A stretch of 64,000 nucleotides of DNA from Phoronis australis (Eukaryota > Animalia > Phoronida), in assembly GCA_002633005.1 (NCBI GenBank), contig NMRA01000057.1, positions 684,434-748,433 on the forward strand, written 5' to 3'. The position numbers were made by a program, and so were the translations under genes. Shown here one piece after another: positions 15,101 to 24,100 of this stretch (its first letter is position 1; every line of letters begins with the position of its first letter). Below the pieces are notes generated by a model. The model saw only the letters and a list, made by a program, of their open reading frames with translations. It had not been told where the DNA came from and did no database searches.

Positions 15101-18100
15101 AGACTATTTAGCGCCCCTCTGTTTTCATATAATAGAAGTGTGTAACGCTTGATGTGAATATTGTGCATTAGAGGGGGCTGCACTTCACCTGAAGTTATAA
15201 TTGTAGATGTCAGTACTACCCATAATGGATATGCACTCAATATGCACAGCATGTGTAGTTCTACTGGCATTACAGTACAGTACCGTACAGTACAGTACAG
15301 TACAGTACAGTACATTACAGTACAGTACAGTACAGTACAGTACAGTACAGTACCGTACAGTACAGTACAGTACAGTACAGTACAGTACAGTACAGTACAT
15401 TACAGTACATTTCACTTATTTTGTGGATGTGCAGAGGATTGCAAGGGCATTATGGCATTTGGAGCTGTGAATCTTGAGTAGGACAGTTAGTACAGCTGTC
15501 TGTATCAACTGAAAGATTGTGTTGTGGTTATTGAAGAATGCTAGCATACCTGGCATGTGCCTGTTGATTTAGTTACTTGAGTCAAGGATCACTATGCTTG
15601 GTATCAGGTGACAGGAATCCTTATGAAGCGGATGATTAATTATCACCAGTCTGATATCGGTCTGATCATAGCATCGTTGATCGTTTGTAAATGCCCAGTG
15701 AAAAGAAATCGTATAATTTATCACATTTGATGAAAAATTCTGCCCAAAAAATTATATCAACTGTAAATATGAATTTTTATCATGTCATACCATTCATAGA
15801 TGGTCGATATGATTTTATATTATAAGCTTTTGTGACAATTAATTATCAACCAAAATGTGTATCGTAATGGTCTCTTAAGAGTGGGTAGGAAAGGCTCTGA
15901 TTTCGGACATTTGCGTACAGATGCCAAGATAGTGTATGATCTGCATCACAGGGCCAGCTGCGTGCCCTCTTGTACCTCCCCTGCCCCCCTGCTATCATTC
16001 AGGCACCACACTTTATTTGTGAACTGTACTCTGTAAAGTAATTAATTTTTGAAAAAAATGACCATTCTTCTCGCTGACAATTTGTAGAAATTTCGAAGGT
16101 ATTTTCTGGTTTGTTTTCAAACACAATGATTCATTGTCATGTAGTTGTTTTTCATCTTGTTGTCTGTAACTTAGACAAAGCCATACATATTTTGACGAAA
16201 ATCGTCTCAAGTTTTTTGATATTTGGTATTCTTTAGTTTACTTACCAGTTGAACTATCGTTACCACTTTGTCATTGTTACCCACTGTCTAAAGACATTCA
16301 TCTTATCTGCCATGATTATGCTTTAAGAATCCTACCCATACCAATTGTTTTTGGCATTTCAATATTTATTGAAAAGCCAATGATTTGGTTGAGGAGTAAT
16401 GGTTCACCACAAGGTAATTATCAGGTGTTGTAACATCAAGCAATTGTTTGAACACAAATTTATTTGCAATGGGCTGGTGTAATTTTTATCAAGACCACAC
16501 GGGCGTTTGCATCATCCTGCTTATTGTACTTACCGCTAGTCTCCTTAACAATGACCCCTGACCTCTGTGTCACCTAGGTGATGACCCCATTGATGGACGA
16601 ACCAGTCCCTCCTCCAGGTTGCAGGCTGAAACAGCTTATATAGGTTGGTAGTGGCATTACACTTACTGTTGTGTTCACATTGATCTTTGCACACCAACTG
16701 TGTTTGTGTTTGTTATGTTGTACATGTCTCGTCAACTGTTTTGTTGAAGCCACAGAATCTCCTCAAAAGGCATGTGCTTCATGCGTGCATTTTGCATCTT
16801 GAGAGAATTGTAGGGAATGATGACTACCCATCTATTCTCAGTTTTGCTTTTGGGATGTAAAATGTACGCTGCTCATGACTTTGAATGTGCAGACATGTGA
16901 TGAGATCAAAAAAAATTTTTCTACTTTTTGATTTTAATTCTGTTAAATGTGTCAAAGTTCAAGGCAGACGAATTCAAAGTTTTACGAGCCTTTAACTGTG
17001 AATTGCCATTTTCATCATGCCATATCTCAGTTGAAGTATTTCTAAGATCTGCAATGTGTGTGAATGTTGTTTTTTTGAAGTCTAGAATGTCTGTTGGTCT
17101 GTTGCCCTGTGATACCTTTTACCACAAGGTCACATGCACATTTTGTTGGTATGCCGACTGCTTCACCCTCGTGGTTGACCTTATAGGACTCAACAAAGAC
17201 CCCAGCGCCGCCATGTTTGACGCTAACCAAAACCTCGCACGCACTAAGTCATTGTTAAATTCAAAATCCACGTTTGTAGGTTAGTCCTAGCCATAGTTAC
17301 GGGTGATCCTTAAGTAGCACAATCTAGAGTAGAAACTAACAATTTTGCCTCTAATCACAGCCCAGACATCTTTGGCTCGGAGAGTTTCACCTCAGAGGCC
17401 ACTAATCTTGCTGGTACATTATTGCCTCACCAGGTGGCGTGACTTTTATAGTACAGATGTAGTATATTGTGTTCCCAGTGCCCCTCGTTATTGTCGTAGC
17501 CTGTGACTAAGTCCAGGTGCATTTTGATGAAATCAAAACAGCTGTGATGCTTTGGCTGTGATTAGGAATAAAAACTTTAATTTTTGTGGACTGCATCATC
17601 ATGACAATCACACTCTGAAACTGTTCATATTGTATTTTTCTCTGAAGCTTTGTTAATAATATCTAATGCCCCTGTCGATAATAATCAGTATCCCCAAACT
17701 AATGCATCTTACACTTCTTGCAAAGCTCCTGTTTATTTTATTTTCAATCTCTGAGCCATTTTTATTATGTGCCCACATATTTATATGTGGACGCATTATA
17801 CCGTCATCTCCGTCCATCCATCCTGCATCCGCTGCTCTGTCTCCAAAACGCCTTGACGTATGTTCATGAAATTTTGCACGTGTTCCTTCCATGAATGGGA
17901 TGGCATGATCGAACTTTCGGACGGATCCGACTACCGGTGTGCTCCTAGTGGCAATTTTAGTTTTTTCCGTTTACCTCTGGATCTTCAAAAGTCCTAAACG
18001 GATTTTCATAAAATGTGGTATATAGGCACTTATTAGGGAGATGATGCTGTCCTGCCGTTTTGGGATGGGTTCAATGTAGTTTGCGCCACCTGGTGGCCAT

Positions 18101-21100
18101 TTTTACTGTTTTCGAGTCTGTTTTTTTGCGTCCACCCCTCTATCAACAAAACCGCTTAAAGGATGATTGTGAAAATTGGCATGTATATTGTTACTAAGAA
18201 GTGGACAGCTGACGGTGATTTTCTGACAATTTGCACTACTGTGGCGCCTCCTAGTGGCAGTTTTGTTTTTTTGCGCTTATGGCTGTATCTCCTAAACCCT
18301 TTGAGGGATCATTACTAAATTTAGGAAGTGTATTTATATGACGTTGACAACAGATGACGAAGACTTTTGGACAGATCCGACTACCGGTGTGCCCCCAGTG
18401 GCAATTTTAGTTTTTTACGTTTACCTCTGTATTTTCAAAAGTCCTTAACGGATTTTCATAAATTTCAATATGTAGGCACGTATTAGGGAGATGACGTTGT
18501 TCTCCCGTTTTCGGATTGATGCAACGTAATTTGCGCCACCTAGTGGCCATTTTTAATGTTTTCGAGTCTGTTTTTTACGTCCACCCGTCTATCAACCAAA
18601 CCACTCGAAGAATGGTTATGAAAATTGGCGTGTACATTTATACTTTGAAGTGGACGGCTGATGATGATTTTCCGACAACTTCAACTACTGTGACGCCAAG
18701 TCGCAGTTTTGTTTTTTTGCGCCTATGCTTCATCTCCTAAACCGTTCGCAGGATCTTTACTAAATTTAGAAAGTGTATTCATATGATGTAGGCAATGAAC
18801 GACGACAACTTTTGGACGGGTCTGACTGCTGGTGTGCCCCCTAGTGGCAATTTCAGTTTTTTACGTTTGACTGTATGCTCAAAGGTCCTCAACAGATTTT
18901 CATAAAATTTTGAATATAGGCATCTATTGGTGAGGTGACGCTCTCCTCCTGTTTTTGGATGGAATCGAGGTATTATGCGCCACCTGGTGGTCATTTTTGC
19001 TGTTTTTGAATCTTGTTTTTGGCGTCCACCCTTCTATCAACCAAATCATTCTGAAGATGGTTTTAAAAAATGGCATATGTGTTCTCAGTGTAAAGGGATG
19101 ACGTTTGATGATTACGACTGTCTACTGTGGCTCCTCCTAGGGGTAGTTTTGTTTTGTTTTGTGCCCTTAGCTGTATCTCCTAAACCCACTGCAGGATCTT
19201 TATTAAATTTAGTGAGTGTATTTGTAATGAAGATAACAACAGATTTCAACGACTTTCAGGCGGATCCAACGGAGACTGCCCCACTTAAGTGGCAATTTCA
19301 TTTTATTCTGTTTTCCTTTGTTTTTCTGAAGTTCCTTGACGCATTTTTATGAAATATGGCATGTTCCAGTTTTTTGATGGATTGTACGCCATCTAGTGGC
19401 CATTTTTGTGATACAAATAAGTAACCCCAAAAGCACACCATTTGCGATGCATTCGTGGGCGCATTTCAATGCTCTGCGTTGCTCTTGTTATAAATTCCAA
19501 TTACGTAATATCATTTCTACTGTATACTTATCTAATAAGTATGCATTTGCTTAATTTCAACTTATACCTTTTCAAATATTACTTTGTTGTTTTATAACTT
19601 ATTTTAAGTATCTGACTGAGTTGATTTTAAGTTATTGTATATTTGGCATTGAGATTTTTGATGTTTTCACTTGAGACTTTGAATGAAATTTTTGATTAAA
19701 AGTAAGATTTATTTAATTTTTTTTCTTTGTTTGTAGTCTACATACTGATCACAGCAGTTGTTTTTTAAATCTTATAAGAAGCTGTGTTACTTTGCTTGTT
19801 AACACATTACTGCGTACAGTTTGAAACAAAAACATTCAGACTCTCTTCTACACTATTAGAAAAAATAACTTAACATACATTTCAGAACTTGAGAGTGGTA
19901 TCAAGAGATTCCCAAATGACTTTGACGACCTTCCGAAACATCGAAAAAACGAACCTGCCAGGCAACGGCGACGTGAGAAACGGCGAGATACACCAGTCAG
20001 TGTTGCTAGTGACGATGATAGCACGCCGCTTTCCAAACCCACGCCCAGAGTAAGTTAGATTGAGTCACTTAACAATAAAGGTGTTGTAAGCCACATGTTT
20101 GCTGTTCATTTAATTTTGATGCATAATGGCCACAGGATGTTCTTACTTTATTAGTGAATTGTTGTGTGAACTCGTTTATTAAAGATCGAATCTCACTGTT
20201 AACCTTAAGTGTTGGTCGTAAAGATCCTGACTTTTTTAATTGTTTTTCATCAGAACCCTTCAGTTGAAAAAAATATTCTTTTCCTTCTAAAAATTGTGCT
20301 AGCCACCACAAACACATCAGGTTTATTCTCTTTTTTTAAAAGTTTTTGTCCATTTTGCCTTTATTCTTAAATGAAAAATGTGTAAACTGTAAGTTACTTT
20401 GTAAATTACCATGCAAGTCACTGTGTCTCAACATCAAAGCCTTCCTGGTACACCCACTAATACAAATCTTACTGTGCATTACATAATATCTGTATTGTTT
20501 TAAGAACTCAAATCATGAATACCTTAATGATTGAGTGTCAGATTTGCTTGTACTTACTAAACACTCAATAGTGAATATAACAATTATCACACTTTGTTAA
20601 TTGCACTCGTGTCTAACCAAGCATGCTTTGTGTTTAGCGTGCTTGTAGTGTTTTGATTGTCACCAGCAGTTAAGCTTTTGAGACCAAGCTTTAACTCTGT
20701 TTTGTTGCATTGTACCTGCCACCAGGAAAGGATAACACCAACTCCGAGTCCTCGTCCCAGGACCTCCGGCACTCCACAGAGGGCATCAGTGTCCCCTGTA
20801 AGACCTAATGCTAACGATTCAAAAGCCGATCACAATGATTCCATTGATCCCCTATTGTTGAAATCTGATGATTTTGATGGCTCAGAAACTGAGCCTTCTG
20901 TAAGAGCTAGTGAAGAAAATGATAATGAGGAGCTTTCAGACGGCTCAGTAACTGAGGTTGAAGATGAAGGAAACGGCGAGCCAGATGAGATTGATTACGA
21001 GTCTGATGATACAATACAGGGTGAGGCAAAGAAAGTGGGTGAGTCTGAACAAAAAGTTGAGTCAAAAGGTCAAGAAGAGCTGGAAGGAGAAGATGTAGAA

Positions 21101-24100
21101 AGTGAGGAAGAAGTAGAAGAAACAGAAAGTGTACAGGACGATGCAAAGAATAATGTCGGTGATGAGGATGATGATGATGACAATAATGAGGATGACGATG
21201 ATGATGATGACGATGATGACAACAGTGAGATAAAGAAGGGAGAGGACAATAAGGTTGGTGGTGATAAAGCCGTAGATGATGACAAAGATGATGACGATGA
21301 TGATATTGATGGAGAGGATGATGATGGTGATAATAATGATCAAAAACAAAGTGGTTCCGGAAAGAAAAATTCACCTTCAGGTCGTGACAAAGCGAAAAAA
21401 GATGATGACGAAGGTGATGATGACGATGATGAAGATGACGATGGTGATGTTGCCTCTGAAAAAGAAAAACCAAAAACGAAAGGGGACCAGGTAGATAATA
21501 AGGCTGAATAAGAAGAATCCAAAGGTGAAGAACACCTGCAGCCAAGTACCAATTCTGCCAAGAGTAACCAAAATAAGCCAAAGTCTAACAAAGAGAAAGG
21601 AGCAAAATCTAAAGGTTCAGAGTGAACAAGCTCAAATGATGTCAACTGATGGACATTAACTGTGTCTTAGTTATCATGAGGCTCTTAAATTTGGTATAAT
21701 ATTCGAGTACAGATTCTGAGCAGTTTTTGTTAGCCGGTCTCTCTAGAAAATCAATACCCAGTTCTTGTACTTATCAAATATGATGGACATTTCTACTTGA
21801 CATTTCTATAGTGATTGTTTTCTAGAGAATTTGTATTTAATGTTTTGTTCTCCTAGTTGTTAATATTCAGGTGTTATTATTGTTGTTAATATAACTGTTA
21901 TCATTGCTTTGCTTTGGTGAAAAGTAAACCACCCTGGCTCCCAGAGTGCAAAGTTGGTTGAGAGAATCCTGCACCCGTTTGTTTTCAAAATGTGCCGCCT
22001 TAAGTAAAGTGTGGGGGCTGACTCTAGAAGAAATTGGGTCAAACAAAACCTGTTTTTCTGGTGATAAAAACTTATTAAAGCACCATGAGGAACATGCAAT
22101 GATGTGTCCACAATATGCCTGTGTGTAGTGTGAACATAGCGCCTCTCGCTATAAAATTATCCCAGTGTGACAAAAGTCCAGTCAACTTTAAACTCTGCCC
22201 TCCTATATCTTTGTTGTATATATTAATTGTTATCGTTATCATTTTAGTTGTCCTATTGATGTATTTGTGATTTGTGATCAATTAATAGAATTATGCAACT
22301 TCTGTATGAGGGTGCATATTATTGCGTACAAGTCCTTGTAATTTTGAAATCTTCCGTCCCTGTTGTGTGAAGGCTTTTGAATCGGGTGCTGATAGGTCCT
22401 CTGCTATGTCTGAAGTAAGGGCTTGTCTTTGCCTTTTTGTTCTTTGTTTAAGCACTGTGTCGCATGTTCTGCTTTGCTTATTGTGAACTCCATGGGTCCA
22501 CGGTTCAGTTACACTTATGTCAGCGGGTAGATGGATGTTGAAGTGATTAGTTGTTACTGCATTTTTCACGGCAAAAGTATGTCTCAAATTGTCAAAGTTT
22601 GTCAAGGTTGTTAGGAAATTACAAAGGAAAAGGTAGAGATATCATTTCCAAACCTGTGAGACATGTGAGACAGATTTTGGTGGCAGTAGGGAAGCGTGAC
22701 TGCATAAAGCAATGATTAGCTGAAAATAAGACATATAGAGGGTGAAAATTTAATTAATTGAATAATAAATTTAAAGTGGTTCACTGTCAATAATGGAGCA
22801 AGAATTACCTGAATGAAAATGTTTCTTCAAAAGTTTTACAGACAGTGATAATTATTGTATAAAATTAATGAGAAGATATTAAGTCCTTTTTTCTAAACAC
22901 TATCGTGTGTGTAGTTGTCAAAGTGTGACCATATTCCTAGTGCCCTCTACTGGGATTTTGTAACTGGACCCCTCAGTTGTAATGGCCCTACGTGTTGTCA
23001 CCCTTGCACCATTAATGTTTTTGTATTAAATTTGGATTTAAGATAATCAGTAGTCTGGAGTCGGAGTGGGTATGTTATTATAGTTTAGTGACTTGTTTTG
23101 TTTTGTTTTGTTTTGTTCACCACAAAGTTATGATGCATTGTTGTTGCCTGGCTGTGTTTATTGTTTCGACAATTTGTTGTTTACCTCGATTGCTGACTGG
23201 TATCATATCGTGTCCAGAGTTTCACCAAGATGTCTTTAAATAAAATGGTGCTGCGATGTGTACTAAGACATTACGTGTTCCTCTGTTGAGGTGATATGGG
23301 ATCTTAGAAAAATGTCAAAGTTTTGCTAACTTCCCAAAGTCGTATCTCAGAAGTGGGTTATCTGATTCTAGTGAAACTTTCAGATATTTGTAGTTTTTAA
23401 AATATACTGAACAACATCTAAATCTGATAAAGTTGCAATGGCCAAAATCACAATTCTGGCTGAATCTCGAAACAAATTTGAGTTTTTTTTTACAAACTTC
23501 ACACAATTTGTTGATATTGCAACAACTTTAGTGCCTAACAGCTGTCGGAAATTGTTTACCTGGACCTTTAGATATGTAACACTCAAGTTCATATTTCAAT
23601 TCTGTGACTCGGTATTACATTTTGCACACTAATGCGTAATATTTTTATAGAATAATGGTTCAGATGTTCTCGGCTCCAGCCTAAGTTTAGATGCTGACAA
23701 GATAACGCAGAAAAACCAGGATCGGCTCCGTCGACTGAGAACTTTGGCAGGTATGTTGTACGGTATGCTTGGGTCGTATTGATTTCATACATTATTTGGA
23801 AAATGAAATGTTATCTGCAGTGGAGGGTAGAGCTGGTTGTGTAAAATACAGGGCTGGTTTTGTGAGTGCAATTGCAACTTACTAAGATTGACAAGATGGG
23901 GGTGTTGATTATTGTAAATCAGTTTTCTACATTTCTCAAGTGTAATATCCTGTAGTGTGGTTTCAAAATCTCATCGAATTACTCAGTCTTTTTTCTAGCT
24001 GGTATGCATAAGAATGAAATATTATGCAGACTACAAATGGCATTGAATTTATCAATGTTTGATGTCGTGCATGTAATTTATTTTGTAATAGAGGCTATAG

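Larger units (their letters stand above)
11893..16037. repeat. Direct tandem duplication of ~2 kb of intron (11893-13898 and 13900-16037) joined by one N; probably two uncollapsed haplotypes
   Basis: Both copies start gcttgtagttcccagc and end gaactgtactctgtaaa, with scattered SNPs and indels; N at 13899 exactly at the junction. Confidence 0.9.

Noticed and set aside
15088-15481. ORFs with VQYST / YCTVL repeats
   Set aside because: Translations of the (CAGTA)n microsatellite.
18516-19352. ORFs of 71-125 aa, and a superficially CRISPR-like periodic repeat
   Set aside because: They lie in the Helentron-type satellite; whole units repeat with no unique spacers, there are no cas genes and the context is eukaryotic.
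20907-21645. His-rich, Ile-rich, Ser-rich and Met-rich ORFs
   Set aside because: Alternative-frame and antisense shadows of the GAT-rich acidic exon.
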